A stretch of 64,000 nucleotides of DNA from the NCBI GenBank assembly GCA_017428635.1, contig JAFRQK010000038.1:43677-107676 (forward strand), given 5' to 3'. Below, in pieces: positions 17,281-27,969 of this stretch (position 1 is its first letter; every line of letters starts with the position of its first letter). Source of the stretch: Clostridia bacterium (lineage in GTDB: Bacteria; Bacillota; Clostridia; Oscillospirales; CAG-272). The notes beneath the pieces were generated by a model. That model searched no databases, was not told the origin of the DNA, and saw only the letters and a list, made by a program, of their open reading frames with translations. The position numbers were made by a program, and so were the translations under genes.

Positions 17281-18448
17281 ATTTTATCGACTGTGTTGAG
17301 GATTCCCTCTCAAAATAATATTTTTTATTGTGCGAACAGATACTCTCGACAAGGCCTATCCCGATATATAAAGCAAGCATAGACGATCCGCCGTATGAAA
17401 AGAAGGGAAGAGGTATTCCTATGACCGGAAGAGCGGCAAGGCACATTCCGATATTTTCCAGAGTTTGCGCTATGAGCATCGCTGCAATTCCCACGCATAT
17501 AATTGAGGCGTAGTTTTTTCTTGAGCGTCTTGAAACGATCAGAAGTCGTACGATCAAAAGCGTCATTATGGCGATGTATGAAAACGTTCCGAAGAAACCG
17601 AGTTTTTCTGCCAGTACCGCAAACAGAAAGTCTGAATGAGCTGCTGGCAGAGAAGTATATACGGTCCCGCCGAAAAGACCCGCACCTCTGAAACCGCCAT
17701 TAATAATCGCTTTCTTGCTCATTAAAGCCTGATAGCCGTAATTTTCCGGATCGGTATCAGGGTTGAATCCCGCAAAGATCCTTTGCTGTTGATATTCGGT
17801 CATGTGATCCCAAACGAAAGGGAACAGTATAACGGTTATTACTGCTCCGGCGGCAAAGTACCAAAGAGACAAGCCTCCGACAAAGAGCATGGCGGCCATG
17901 ATAAAGATATATATAAGAACCGTTCCCATATCTTTTGTAATGACGAGTATCCCTATTATTATTCCTGCGTGGATCATAAGTTTCAGGACGTTCAACGGGT
18001 GATTTATCTTTCCGCTTACCCTGTCAATGTGTCTTGAGAACGTTATAATGAACGTGATTTTGACGAATTCCGCTGGCTGGAGATAGAACGGCACCCCCGG
18101 GATCTTTATCCAGTTGAGATTAGTGTTTCCCGATGCGCCGGATATTGACGGAACGAATTTATTAATGATAATACAGAGTAATAAAAGCCCGATCGAAAAG
18201 AAGAAAAAGAATTTCTCGAGTTTTTCGATTACGGTATCGTAATCAATGGTTGATATCAGGAAGGCGAGAACAAGCCCCAGCGTTGCGGCTACAGATTGGA
18301 CGAGGACCTTATTGCTTCCTGCTTGAAAGTGCGCGGACCCGCCCCAAAGGATCAGAATGCTTAAAAGTGAAAGAAAAAATGCGCATGAGATTATGATATA
18401 ATCAATGTTTTTCAGTTTTTCTTTCAGTGAAGTAGAGAACTCTTTCAT
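17279..18448 (-). CDS. FtsW/RodA/SpoVE-family SEDS peptidoglycan polymerase
   Basis: ~10-TM protein with the C-terminal SEDS signature (PVIGIPLPFFSYGGSSMLA). Paralogue identity (rodA, ftsW or spoVE) cannot be assigned from sequence alone. Confidence 0.85.
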   Translation of the reverse strand: MKEFSTSLKEKLKNIDYIIISCAFFLSLLSILILWGGSAHFQAGSNKVLVQSVAATLGLVLAFLISTIDYDTVIEKLEKFFFFFSIGLLLLCIIINKFVPSISGASGNTNLNWIKIPGVPFYLQPAEFVKITFIITFSRHIDRVSGKINHPLNVLKLMIHAGIIIGILVITKDMGTVLIYIFIMAAMLFVGGLSLWYFAAGAVITVILFPFVWDHMTEYQQQRIFAGFNPDTDPENYGYQALMSKKAIINGGFRGAGLFGGTVYTSLPAAHSDFLFAVLAEKLGFFGTFSYIAIMTLLIVRLLIVSRRSRKNYASIICVGIAAMLIAQTLENIGMCLAALPVIGIPLPFFSYGGSSMLALYIGIGLVESICSHNKKYYFERESSTQSIK

Positions 18449-18452
18449 TTGA

Positions 18453-20873
18453 TCATTTTACCTTTTTCAGTTTTGCATATGTTCCCATCAGCTTTTTTAA
18501 TCCGTGTTCTTCAAACACGACTTCATATAGTACGTCTCCGCCCATCCGTTTCGATGATAAAACGACCCCTTTGCCGAACATAGAGTGAACGACGTTATCG
18601 CCGATTTTAAACTCTTCCGTATTTTGAGCGGAAGTTTTGACTTTTGGCTGAGATGAGAAAGGCGAATAGCGCGGGGTCGGGTTATATGCGTCGGAGGGGT
18701 TTACGATGGATCTGCCTGTCGAAATGAACGCGGGCCTGTTACGGGTGAATGCTCCGTATTGTTCTTCTTCGGTCCTTACGGTCAATTCGGCGGGTATTTC
18801 ATTCACGAAACACGAGATCTGATTGTACTGTGTTTTCCCGTTGATCATGCGGCTTCCGACGTGAGTGATATATATTCTTTTTTTTGCGCGGGTAACGGCG
18901 ACGTAAGCGAGTCTTCGTTCTTCTTCGATCTCTTCAGGGTTCATTATCGTTTGATAACCCGGAAATACTCCTTCTTCCATTCCGGGAAGAAAAACGACGG
19001 GGAATTCAAGCCCTTTAGCGCTGTGGATCGTCATAAGGACGACAGCGTCGGCATTCTCGTCGTATTTATCGACGTCGGAGACGAGAGCGACTTCTTCGAG
19101 ATACTCCGAAAGTGTCGGATCTTCCGCGTCTTCGTCGTATTGTCCGGCCATGTTTATCAACTCTTCAAGGTTCGACGTTCTTTCTTCACGCTCGGTTTTT
19201 TCGGGAATCTCTCCGATCATATCACCGTATCCCGTTGATTCAATGACTTTTGCTATCGTTTCCGATGTCGTGTGAGAAGACGCATAATCTCTTAGAGCGT
19301 CTATGAGAAAACAAAAATCTTGCATCGCTTTTGACGCGACGGGGGAAATAGCCGAATACCTTTTAGCGTTTCTCATAAGTTCAAGAACGGAATATCCCTC
19401 GGCGGAAGCCAACGCGGACGCGACCTCAAACGATTTATTGCCTATACCTCTTCTGGGAGTGTTAACGATCCTCTTCAGTCGAATGTCGTCAACGGGGTTG
19501 TTTATTACGTGAAGGTAAGATACGATATCTTTAACCTCCATTCGGTCAAAAAAGCGCGGCCCACCCAGCACACGATAAGGAATAGCTGCTTTGGCAAGGG
19601 CTTGTTCTATCGCGCGGGATTGAACGTTCATTCTGTAAAGTACGGCAAAATCTTTGAAAGAAAGGTCGTCTTTAACTATTGATTCGCTGATAACGTTGCA
19701 GATGTATCTTCCTTCAAGGCCCTGATCCGGAAGTTTTTTTATCGATATAAGTTCTCCTTGTTCGCTTTGCGTCCAAAGAGTCTTTCCGAGCCTCCCTTTA
19801 TTGTGGGATATTATTCCGTTCGCGGCATCAAGAATAGTCTTTGTCGACCGATAATTCTCTTCAAGCCGTATGATCTTGGTATTGCTGTAATTCTTGTCGA
19901 AATTCAGTATGTTCTCAATTACGGCGCCTCTGAATTTATATATACTCTGGTCATCGTCTCCGACTACCATAATGTTTTTGTATTTTCCGGAAAGCAAAAG
20001 CGTTAGTTTGAGTTGCGCAAAGTTCGTATCCTGATATTCGTCAACGGATACGTAACGGTATCTGTTCTGAAGAATATCTCTGACGTCTTCGTGTTCGGTA
20101 AGCAAACGGACTGTTTGCATTATAATATCGTCAAAATCGAGTAAATTCTGAGATTCCAGCCTGTTTTGATATGCAGAATATATTTCAGCAACTTTTTTAA
20201 TTTTATAATCCTGACCGGCCTCGCTCAGAAGATCCTCCGGCGTCTGAAGTTTATCTTTTGCTCGGCTGATTATACTCTGAACGCTTTTTACGGAGAGTGA
20301 TTTTTCATCAATGCTGAGGAGGTTCATGCAGTCGGAGATCAAACTCTTTGAGTCTGACGTGTCGCATATACTGAAATTTTTATCGTAACCTATTTTTTCT
20401 CCGTACATTCTGAGGAATCGGCAGCAAACGGAGTGAAAAGTACCCGCAGTGATCGCTGTGACCTCTTCGCTGTCTTCGCCGAATATATCAGAGATCCTGG
20501 ATTTGATCTCGCCCGCGGCTTTGTTTGTGAACGTGATACCGAGCACGGACCATGCCGGAGCGGGATCGACGCTGAATTTCGTCAGATAATTCCCGAGTTC
20601 GATCTTTGAAAGACTTAACGCTTTTTTCATTTCCTCAACGTCTTTTCCCGTCGCGTATTCAGGAACTATATCCGAGTTATATGCATCACCGTACCTGATA
20701 ATATGCGCGATCCTTCTGACGAGAACTGTAGTCTTTCCGCTGCCTGCTCCCGCAAGGATCAAAAGAGGACCGTTTACCGCGTAAACAGCCTCTCTCTGTT
20801 TGGAATTCAGATCGGAGTAATATTTATCGAATAATTTTCTTTTTACAGACAGATATTCTTTTTCGAAGTCCAT
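18453..20873 (-). CDS. pcrA: ATP-dependent DNA helicase PcrA (UvrD family)
   Basis: Walker A AGAGSGKTT, DEYQDTN, and the C-terminal Tudor-like domain (FKIGDNVVHSMFGKGVV). Confidence 0.93.
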   Translation of the reverse strand: MDFEKEYLSVKRKLFDKYYSDLNSKQREAVYAVNGPLLILAGAGSGKTTVLVRRIAHIIRYGDAYNSDIVPEYATGKDVEEMKKALSLSKIELGNYLTKFSVDPAPAWSVLGITFTNKAAGEIKSRISDIFGEDSEEVTAITAGTFHSVCCRFLRMYGEKIGYDKNFSICDTSDSKSLISDCMNLLSIDEKSLSVKSVQSIISRAKDKLQTPEDLLSEAGQDYKIKKVAEIYSAYQNRLESQNLLDFDDIIMQTVRLLTEHEDVRDILQNRYRYVSVDEYQDTNFAQLKLTLLLSGKYKNIMVVGDDDQSIYKFRGAVIENILNFDKNYSNTKIIRLEENYRSTKTILDAANGIISHNKGRLGKTLWTQSEQGELISIKKLPDQGLEGRYICNVISESIVKDDLSFKDFAVLYRMNVQSRAIEQALAKAAIPYRVLGGPRFFDRMEVKDIVSYLHVINNPVDDIRLKRIVNTPRRGIGNKSFEVASALASAEGYSVLELMRNAKRYSAISPVASKAMQDFCFLIDALRDYASSHTTSETIAKVIESTGYGDMIGEIPEKTEREERTSNLEELINMAGQYDEDAEDPTLSEYLEEVALVSDVDKYDENADAVVLMTIHSAKGLEFPVVFLPGMEEGVFPGYQTIMNPEEIEEERRLAYVAVTRAKKRIYITHVGSRMINGKTQYNQISCFVNEIPAELTVRTEEEQYGAFTRNRPAFISTGRSIVNPSDAYNPTPRYSPFSSQPKVKTSAQNTEEFKIGDNVVHSMFGKGVVLSSKRMGGDVLYEVVFEEHGLKKLMGTYAKLKKVK

Positions 20874-20893
20874 CTTTCCCTCGTCCGTTTCGT

Positions 20894-21349
20894 TTAAGAA
20901 TTTTCGATCTCCATTACTTTATCGACTCTTCTTTGGTGACGCCCTCCTTCAAAAGAGGTGTTTATAAAAGCGTTGACTAGTTCTTTTGCAAGTCCCGGGC
21001 CTACGACTCTTTCCCCTATACAGAGAATGTTAGCATCGTTGTGCGCACGTGTCGCTTTAGCGCTGAAAGTGTCTGAGCAGCAAGCGGCTCTGATCCCATT
21101 GACTTTGTTCGCCGCCATGCTCATTCCTACTCCTGTTCCGCAGCAAAGTATTCCGAACCCGGCTCTTTTCTCTGTTATCTCACGACAACACTTAACGGCA
21201 AAATCAGGATAGTCGCAGCTTGCGTCGCTGTCGGTTCCGCAGTCGATCACGTCGTAACCGATTTCTTTCAGATAATCAAAAAGGAGGCATTTGAGTTTGA
21301 AACCGGCCCCGTCGGAAGCAATTGCGCATATCTTTGATATTTCAGCCAT
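20894..21349 (-). CDS. rpiB: ribose-5-phosphate isomerase B (RpiB/LacAB family)
   Basis: 151 aa with CGTGVGMSMAANK and RHQRRVDK motifs. 8-nt overlap with tsaB. Confidence 0.9.
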   Translation of the reverse strand: MAEISKICAIASDGAGFKLKCLLFDYLKEIGYDVIDCGTDSDASCDYPDFAVKCCREITEKRAGFGILCCGTGVGMSMAANKVNGIRAACCSDTFSAKATRAHNDANILCIGERVVGPGLAKELVNAFINTSFEGGRHQRRVDKVMEIENS

Positions 21350-22055
21350 TTCTGATTTTCTCCTCTCTTATTCTTTCAGGTAGCGTTTTTCGCAGATACA
21401 GAGGACGAAGACTGTCTCCGCCTGACGCGGATTTCTTTTCATCTTCATTCATTTCAATAAAGCGTTTTGCACCGCAAAGAGCCGCGCCGTACGCCCACGG
21501 AAAAACTGATGAAACGGGGAGCGTTACAATTCGGTCGTCTTTTAGTTCTGTCACTGCCTGTTCGACTGCATCTCCGATAAGATAAACAGGGCCCGCGGGG
21601 AAATCTTCAGGGATCGAGCCGAGATCCTTTATTTGATCGTCTGTGATCCTGATTATATTTCCCGCGCCGTCTGAACGGAAAACGGCGCTGTAAACGGTGT
21701 TTCTTCTTGCATCAAGAACAGGGCACACATACCCTTCGGTATCAAACAGCGTGTAAGCGCCTGCCTCAAGGGAAGATATTCCGATACAGGGAACGCCGGA
21801 CGCGAAAGCGAGACCTTTGACGAGGGAAATACCGATTCTGATTCCCGTAAATGAACCAGGACCGATAACAGGAGCAATAAGGTCAAGATCATCAGGCTCA
21901 ATGCCGCTTTTTTTGAGCGTATCTTCTATCAAGGGAAGTAAAGAAACGCTGTGTTCTGTATTTGATGACTTTGAAATACCGAAAAACGGCGAACTGTCTT
22001 TCAAAAGGCAAACCGAGGAAGTCGCCGCAGATGAATCAATTCCGAGCACTAACAA
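21342..22055 (-). CDS. tsaB: tRNA t6A37 biosynthesis protein TsaB
   Basis: LGIDSS N-terminus, GPGSFTGIRIG motif, adjacent to tsaE. TTG start 9 nt after GGAGG. Confidence 0.85.
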   Translation of the reverse strand: MLVLGIDSSAATSSVCLLKDSSPFFGISKSSNTEHSVSLLPLIEDTLKKSGIEPDDLDLIAPVIGPGSFTGIRIGISLVKGLAFASGVPCIGISSLEAGAYTLFDTEGYVCPVLDARRNTVYSAVFRSDGAGNIIRITDDQIKDLGSIPEDFPAGPVYLIGDAVEQAVTELKDDRIVTLPVSSVFPWAYGAALCGAKRFIEMNEDEKKSASGGDSLRPLYLRKTLPERIREEKIRNG

Positions 22056-22071
22056 ACAGAAGCACCTCCTA

Positions 22072-22491
22072 TCAGGTATAGTCTATCAGGATCTTTCTGG
22101 TTGACGCGTCGGTTTTTTTAATTATTACTTTTACGGCGCCGTTCGGCAGTTCGTCTTCGAACCTTTCGCTCCATTCTGATATACATATTCCGCGTGAAAG
22201 GTATTCTTCCATTCCGATCGCATATACGTCTTCTTTTCCGTCGAGTCTGTAAAGGTCGAAGTGGTAAACGGGTATTTTGCCCGAGACGTATTCGTTTACG
22301 ATCGTATAAGTAGGAGATTTAACGCGGCTTCCGGGGGAGAGGACAGATACAAAACCTCTGACGAACGCTGTCTTTCCTGCACCGAGTTCACCGTATAGCG
22401 CGATCAGGGGGACGTTGTCTGAAACTGTTTCGGCAAAGTCTTTTCCTGCCTTTTCGGTTTCTTCTTCACTGTGGGTTATGATCTCAGTCAT
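22072..22491 (-). CDS. tsaE: tRNA t6A37 biosynthesis ATPase TsaE
   Basis: P-loop GELGAGKTAFVRG and HFDLYRL motif. The ATG shares one base with the fhs stop (TGATG). Confidence 0.9.
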   Translation of the reverse strand: MTEIITHSEEETEKAGKDFAETVSDNVPLIALYGELGAGKTAFVRGFVSVLSPGSRVKSPTYTIVNEYVSGKIPVYHFDLYRLDGKEDVYAIGMEEYLSRGICISEWSERFEDELPNGAVKVIIKKTDASTRKILIDYT

Positions 22492-24161
22492 CAGAACAGA
22501 CCGGTAATCCTTCCTTCGTCGTCGACGTCTATATTTTCAGCGGCGGGTACCCTCGGCAGACCGGGCATAGTCATTATCGCTCCGGTGAGCACTACGATAA
22601 AACCTGCGCCGGCAGACAGTCTGACCTCGCGTACGTTGATATTGAATCCGCGCGGTCTACCGAGCTTTTTCATATCGTCACTGAGAGAATACTGAGTTTT
22701 TGCAATACATACGGGGTATTTTGAGTACTCGGGATCAAGAGATTCGATCTCTTTTATGGATTTCAACGCAGAGTCGTCGAACCGAACGTCGTCAGCGCCG
22801 TAGATCTCGCGCGCAACGGTTTTGATTTTATCGATTATCGGCATTTCATCGGGATAGATCGGTTTGAAGGACGAGGGTTTGCTGCACGCTTCAATTACTT
22901 TCTCTGCTAGTTCGATCCCACCGTTTCCGCCTTTTGCAAATACGTCGGATATGGCAAATTCCGCGCCGTTTTCGCGGCAGATCTCCTCGACCTTTGCTAT
23001 CTCGGCATCCGTATCCGTTCCGAATTTGTTTATAGCGACTACTACGGGAAGATTATATTTCTTGAGATTCTCAATATGAGCCTTAAGGTTTTCGCTTCCT
23101 TTGACAAGGGCGTCGACGTTTTCGGCTTTAAGGTCGGACAGAGGTATTCCGCCGTTATATTTCATTGACCGTACGGTTGCCACGAGAACAACGGCGGATG
23201 GCTTGAATCCGGCGAATCGACACTTGATGTCGAAGAATTTCTCCGCGCCGAGATCCGCGCCGAAACCAGCCTCGGTTACTGCGTAGTCCGACAGCTTAAC
23301 AGCGAGTTTTGTTGCACGGATAGAGTTACAGCCGTGTGCAATATTTGCAAATGGACCGCCGTGTACGATCGCAGGCGTACCTTCAAGCGTCTGAACGAGG
23401 TTAGGCTTAAGCGCGTCTTTGAGAAGAGCAGCCATAGCGCCTTGCGCTTTCAAATCGCTTGCAAGAATGGGTTTTCCTTCCCTTGAATAAGCAACCAGAA
23501 TCTTACCGAGCCGTGATTTCAGATCGGAAATGGATTCGGAAAGGCAGAGGATCGCCATGATCTCACTGGCGACAGTGATCATGAATCTGTCTTCACGCGG
23601 TACGCCGTCGGGTTTTCCGCCCAGACCGACTACAACGTGGCGGAGAGCTCTGTCGTTCGTATCGGTCACTCTCCCGAAAAGTATGCGCCTGGTGTCTATA
23701 TCAAGCGGGTTGCCTTGCTGAATATGATTGTCGATCATTGCGCAGAGAAGGTTATTGGCGGCTGTTATCGCGTGAAAGTCGCCGGTGAAATGAAGGTTGA
23801 TATCTTCCATGGGAACTACCTGAGCATAACCGCCTCCGGCAGCGCCGCCTTTTATCCCGAATACCGGTCCGAGCGAAGGTTCTCGAAGGGCGATGACAGA
23901 TCGTTTTCCGAGTTTGGTAAGGGCCATTCCGAGACCGACAGTCGTCGTGGTTTTACCTTCTCCTGCAGGGGTGGGATTTACTGCTGTTACCAAAATGAGT
24001 TTTCCGTCAGGACCCGATTCGATTCTGGAAATTGCTTCGTTTGAAATTTTGGCCTTATATTTACCGTAAAGTTCAAGCTCATCCTGCTGAATCCCGACCG
24101 AGGCTGCAATCTCGGTGATCGGTTTCATTGTTATACTGTTGGCAATTTCGATATCTGTCAC
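22491..24161 (-). CDS. fhs: formate-tetrahydrofolate ligase
   Basis: [16 protein letters not shown]-loop, full-length homology. Start reset to GTG 24161 ([18 protein letters not shown]), 8 nt after GGAGG, giving the usual ~556 aa. The ORF-track ATG at 24335 adds 58 unsupported aa. Confidence 0.93.
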   Translation of the reverse strand: MTDIEIANSITMKPITEIAASVGIQQDELELYGKYKAKISNEAISRIESGPDGKLILVTAVNPTPAGEGKTTTTVGLGMALTKLGKRSVIALREPSLGPVFGIKGGAAGGGYAQVVPMEDINLHFTGDFHAITAANNLLCAMIDNHIQQGNPLDIDTRRILFGRVTDTNDRALRHVVVGLGGKPDGVPREDRFMITVASEIMAILCLSESISDLKSRLGKILVAYSREGKPILASDLKAQGAMAALLKDALKPNLVQTLEGTPAIVHGGPFANIAHGCNSIRATKLAVKLSDYAVTEAGFGADLGAEKFFDIKCRFAGFKPSAVVLVATVRSMKYNGGIPLSDLKAENVDALVKGSENLKAHIENLKKYNLPVVVAINKFGTDTDAEIAKVEEICRENGAEFAISDVFAKGGNGGIELAEKVIEACSKPSSFKPIYPDEMPIIDKIKTVAREIYGADDVRFDDSALKSIKEIESLDPEYSKYPVCIAKTQYSLSDDMKKLGRPRGFNINVREVRLSAGAGFIVVLTGAIMTMPGLPRVPAAENIDVDDEGRITGLF

Positions 24162-24349
24162 TGTAATTTCCTCCGTACATATTTTTACAGCATATATTAT
24201 ACCATATTTTTCTTTTAAAAGCATCAGGCATTCTTTTTTTTCGCCGTTTTTTATCTCGGAATTCTCACGCTCTTGTTTTTCGATATATTTTGTTGTATAA
24301 TGAAAACATAAAATATGGGTACTTTCTTGTAACACGGAGAATTGTCGAT

Positions 24350-25069
24350 ATGATCGAATATTTGAGAGAATTTAATTTTCTCTCCGTTTTTCTGAGACTT
24401 CTTCTTGCCCTTGTCGCCGGAGGAATCATCGGATTCGGGCGAGCGCGGAAAAAAGAGACGGCCGGCCTCAGAACCTACATAATAACGTGTGTCGGTTCCG
24501 CGCTTACCGCCCTGATCAGTTTTTATGAGTATCAAATGCTTATGGGCGCTTGGTCCGGTCTGACAACGGCTGAATTGAAATTTGACGGATCGAGGTTTTC
24601 TGCAGCTGTTCTCAGCGGTATCGGCTTTCTTGCCGCCGGGGCGATCATGCTGATCAAACATCAACAGGTTTCAGGTCTCACCACTGCGATAGGTCTCTTT
24701 GTTACTTCGTGTATCGGGATCGCCGCAGGTATGGGGTTCTACGAAGCGGTAGTCGTTTCTGTCGTCGTGATAGTCATCGTAATGGAGTTCATGCACACCA
24801 TGGAGATGACCTTCAAAAGGAAAATGCGAAATATGACGATTCACGTCAGTTTTGACGATCTGGAAAATCTCAGTTTGATCACTGATACGCTTTCAAATGA
24901 AGGCGCGACGATCTACGAGTTCGAACTGGAAGACCGTCAAAACCGAGAGGATATGCCTTCTGCGATCGTATGGATCAAGCTCTCAAAAGAAAACAAGTCT
25001 CATTCATCCGTTCTTTCCTCGGTAGCCGAACTTGAATGCGTTTCTTCGGTCCAGGAACTTGTATCGTAA
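24350..25069 (+). CDS. MgtC/SapB-family membrane protein (paralogue 1)
   Basis: [29 protein letters not shown]... is typical MgtC N-terminal TM domain, with a soluble ACT-like C-terminus. ATG 24350. Confidence 0.85.
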   Translation: MIEYLREFNFLSVFLRLLLALVAGGIIGFGRARKKETAGLRTYIITCVGSALTALISFYEYQMLMGAWSGLTTAELKFDGSRFSAAVLSGIGFLAAGAIMLIKHQQVSGLTTAIGLFVTSCIGIAAGMGFYEAVVVSVVVIVIVMEFMHTMEMTFKRKMRNMTIHVSFDDLENLSLITDTLSNEGATIYEFELEDRQNREDMPSAIVWIKLSKENKSHSSVLSSVAELECVSSVQELVS

Positions 25070-25083
25070 AGGAGGGTAATACC

Positions 25084-25791
25084 GTGCTTCATTTCTTTGA
25101 TCCTGTTCGCGGCGTTACTTTTCTTGACGTCGTAGTTAAAGTTTTGACTGCTTTCGTTCTCGGTTGCATAATCGGTATTGAACGGTCCTATAAAAACAGA
25201 CCTGCGGGTTTCAGGACCCATATTCTCGTAACTCTCGGCGCTACCGTAGCTTCAATGGCGGGGATTTACTTATATCTTAACGCTTCGCTACCTGCGGATA
25301 TTTCAAGGATCGGTGCCGCGGTCGTTTCCGGACTGGGTTTTCTCGGAGCCGGCACGATCATCGTAACAAAGAGTTATTCGGTAAAAGGGCTCACCACTGC
25401 CGCAGGACTTTGGACTTCCGGTATAATCGGTCTTGCCGTCGGCGCGGGCTTCTATGAAGGCGCAATTATTACGACCGCCCTCGTCCTTATCGCCGAGACT
25501 TTACTCGGCGGTCTCGTCTCTTTGATCAGAAGAGACCCCGAATTCAGGATATCCGTTTTATTCTCCCATAAACCTGCCCTTGACCAAGTCCTCAGAGTTT
25601 GTAAGAACAACCGTATGGCTATCACTAATCTACAGGTCGTCTCGGCAATGTATGACGGGGATCCCTGTTACAGAGCTTTTATATCTTTAAGACCGCGATC
25701 TAAAGTTGACAGGGAAAGACTTTTCGGTCAGGTCGCCTCTGTACCCGAGATTTTAGAGTTCTCCGAAGTCGATATGTCAGACGAAAAATAG
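25084..25791 (+). CDS. MgtC/SapB-family membrane protein (paralogue 2)
   Basis: VKVLTAFVLGCIIGIERSYKNRPAGFRTH..., same architecture as the upstream gene. GTG 25084 lies 7 nt after GGAGGG. Confidence 0.85.
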   Translation: MLHFFDPVRGVTFLDVVVKVLTAFVLGCIIGIERSYKNRPAGFRTHILVTLGATVASMAGIYLYLNASLPADISRIGAAVVSGLGFLGAGTIIVTKSYSVKGLTTAAGLWTSGIIGLAVGAGFYEGAIITTALVLIAETLLGGLVSLIRRDPEFRISVLFSHKPALDQVLRVCKNNRMAITNLQVVSAMYDGDPCYRAFISLRPRSKVDRERLFGQVASVPEILEFSEVDMSDEK

Positions 25792-25804
25792 GAGGGAATT
25801 CAGG

Positions 25805-27919
25805 ATGAAAAAGTTCAGCTTGGTCATTGCGCCTTTTATACTTGTCACATTCATGATTATTTCAACCTTCACTGCGTCTGCGGACGGGAAATTGCCGTTT
25901 ACCGACGTAAAGGATGGTTGGTATTATTCATCCGTGGAGTACGTTTGGGAACGCGGCATTATGCGCGGTGTCTCTGATAAATTGTTTTCACCGTTCGGAC
26001 TCACTACCCGCGCTGAGATAGTGACCGTTCTTTCACGTCTTTCAGGCGATGACGTCGAGGGGCTGTCTGATTCACAGTCCTTCAAAGATGTTGTTAAGGA
26101 TAAATGGTACGCCGATTCTGTCGGGTGGGGCGTTTCAAATAATATAGTTAACGGTTACCCCGACAATACTTTCCGCCCCAATTCTCCGGTCAGCCGTCAG
26201 GAACTTGCAACCCTCATTGCGAGATATATGAAGTTCAAGAATCAATCGTTTCCCGAAAAACCGCTTGTTTCATCTTTTAAAGATCAGAATAAGATTTCGG
26301 GATGGGCTGCCGATGCATGCGAGACGGTTCGCCTTGCGGGTATCATCGCAGGGGATAAGAACGGTAATTTCAACCCTATATCAAACGCAACAAGAGCGGA
26401 GATCGCGACTATGATAATGCGCTATATGGAAAATTCCGTCGACCCGATGCATGAAGCTTTTGATAACATCAATGATCTCACCGAGGGCGAGGGAAGGAAT
26501 ATAGACGTCAGTCTCTTTTACCGAGACCGCGTTGCAGATCACGGGACCACAAGATCTCTCTCAAATCAGCTTCTTCCTCAAATGGGCCTTGACACGGAAA
26601 CGTATGAGTTCGTGTTTTCCATGAGCGACGAAACCTGGGAGGCGTTTATTAATAGTACCGATGCGAGTATAACGGGAGGCAGCGTCAACACAAACAAAGA
26701 TACCGGAACGGGGGATAACTTTGGAGTCGCCCGCGCGTTCATCAGAAATAAAGTCACGGGGGAAGAGACAAAAAGCAAGACCTTGTATTTAATGGTCAAA
26801 CGCTCGCTCGGCGTCGAGGATCTTGATCCCGATGATTTTGAACCCGGTCTGGCCGAAGGAGCATATGAGGCGATGACGGAAGCCGCTATGAGCGAATCGT
26901 CTCTCGGTCAAAGCTGTGATCTTTCAAGATATGCATATTTCTTTGAAAAAGCAGAGAAGGGCGAACCCCTTAACGTAACTGTGATCGGCGGTTCTATTAC
27001 GAGGGGTGCCTCGGCAGGAGACCTTCACTGCTGGGGGAAGCAAACTTATAACTGGATACGGAAGGAATATCCGAACGCTGATATCTCATTCGTAAACGCC
27101 GGTATAGACGGAACCGGGTCGGATCTCGGAGTGATCAGATTTGACTCCACTGTCCTCAGGCATAAACCTGACCTGTTGATTTTTGAATTTGCTTTGAATG
27201 ACGGCGGCGGCAGTGAAGCAACGCGCGAGGGCTTTGAGACAATGGTCAGACGGGTACTCAGTATGCCCAATAAACCTGCCGTATTGATACTGTTCGTCGG
27301 AGACAGTAATTCTGTTACATCCGCATTTATGAAAAACGTCGCACGATATTACGGTATCGCGGTTGCCGACTGCGATTCAGCCGCCAAACTCGGGATCGAG
27401 AATAATTGGATATATCATGTTGAGGTCAATTACGACGGCGCTCACCCGAGAGAGTGGTTCCACACTTTTATGGCCGATATGCTCGTTGAGAATCTGAAAC
27501 GCATCCGTGAAAAGATCAAGACTGCGACGGCTGAAGAACTTGTTATAAACGAAATCCCGGCTGAAAGGATCACCGAATCGAATTACGAGGATCTTAAGTC
27601 TGATCTGGCCGGCGAATATGAGCCCGCAGCTTTGAACGGCTTTGAACTTGTGAGCGGGATCTATAAATACGGAATATGCTGGGGAGCTTCCTCGACCGAT
27701 GCGGAACTTGTTTATGAGTTCAACGGAAAGCGTTTATTCATTCTTGCCGGAAACGATACTTCTTATATGTACAGCATAGACGGCGGCGAGTACGTTCGGC
27801 ATAATAACAACTGGTATAACTTGGTAATAAATGAAAAGACAAGCGGACACCATATGATCTCTATCAAACCCGTCGGCGACGGATCACAAGCCCTGATCGC
27901 CGGTTTTACGTACGATTGA
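25805..27919 (+). CDS. secreted SLH-anchored protein with a C-terminal SGNH/GDSL-like hydrolase domain
   Basis: Signal peptide, three SLH repeats (FTDVKDGWYYSSVEYVWERGIMRG etc.), an unassigned middle region, then VIGGSITRG (block I Ser) ... FALNDGG ... DGAHP (block V). Confidence 0.75.
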   Translation: MKKFSLVIAPFILVTFMIISTFTASADGKLPFTDVKDGWYYSSVEYVWERGIMRGVSDKLFSPFGLTTRAEIVTVLSRLSGDDVEGLSDSQSFKDVVKDKWYADSVGWGVSNNIVNGYPDNTFRPNSPVSRQELATLIARYMKFKNQSFPEKPLVSSFKDQNKISGWAADACETVRLAGIIAGDKNGNFNPISNATRAEIATMIMRYMENSVDPMHEAFDNINDLTEGEGRNIDVSLFYRDRVADHGTTRSLSNQLLPQMGLDTETYEFVFSMSDETWEAFINSTDASITGGSVNTNKDTGTGDNFGVARAFIRNKVTGEETKSKTLYLMVKRSLGVEDLDPDDFEPGLAEGAYEAMTEAAMSESSLGQSCDLSRYAYFFEKAEKGEPLNVTVIGGSITRGASAGDLHCWGKQTYNWIRKEYPNADISFVNAGIDGTGSDLGVIRFDSTVLRHKPDLLIFEFALNDGGGSEATREGFETMVRRVLSMPNKPAVLILFVGDSNSVTSAFMKNVARYYGIAVADCDSAAKLGIENNWIYHVEVNYDGAHPREWFHTFMADMLVENLKRIREKIKTATAEELVINEIPAERITESNYEDLKSDLAGEYEPAALNGFELVSGIYKYGICWGASSTDAELVYEFNGKRLFILAGNDTSYMYSIDGGEYVRHNNNWYNLVINEKTSGHHMISIKPVGDGSQALIAGFTYD

Positions 27920-27925
27920 GCGGAT

Positions 27926-27969
27926 AAAAAACGGCTTCGATCATTTCGATCGAAGCCGTTTCCTTTTTT
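27926..27969. terminator. bidirectional intrinsic terminator
   Basis: ACGGCTTCGATC-N5-GATCGAAGCCGT 12-bp stem flanked by A-run and T-run. Confidence 0.85.
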
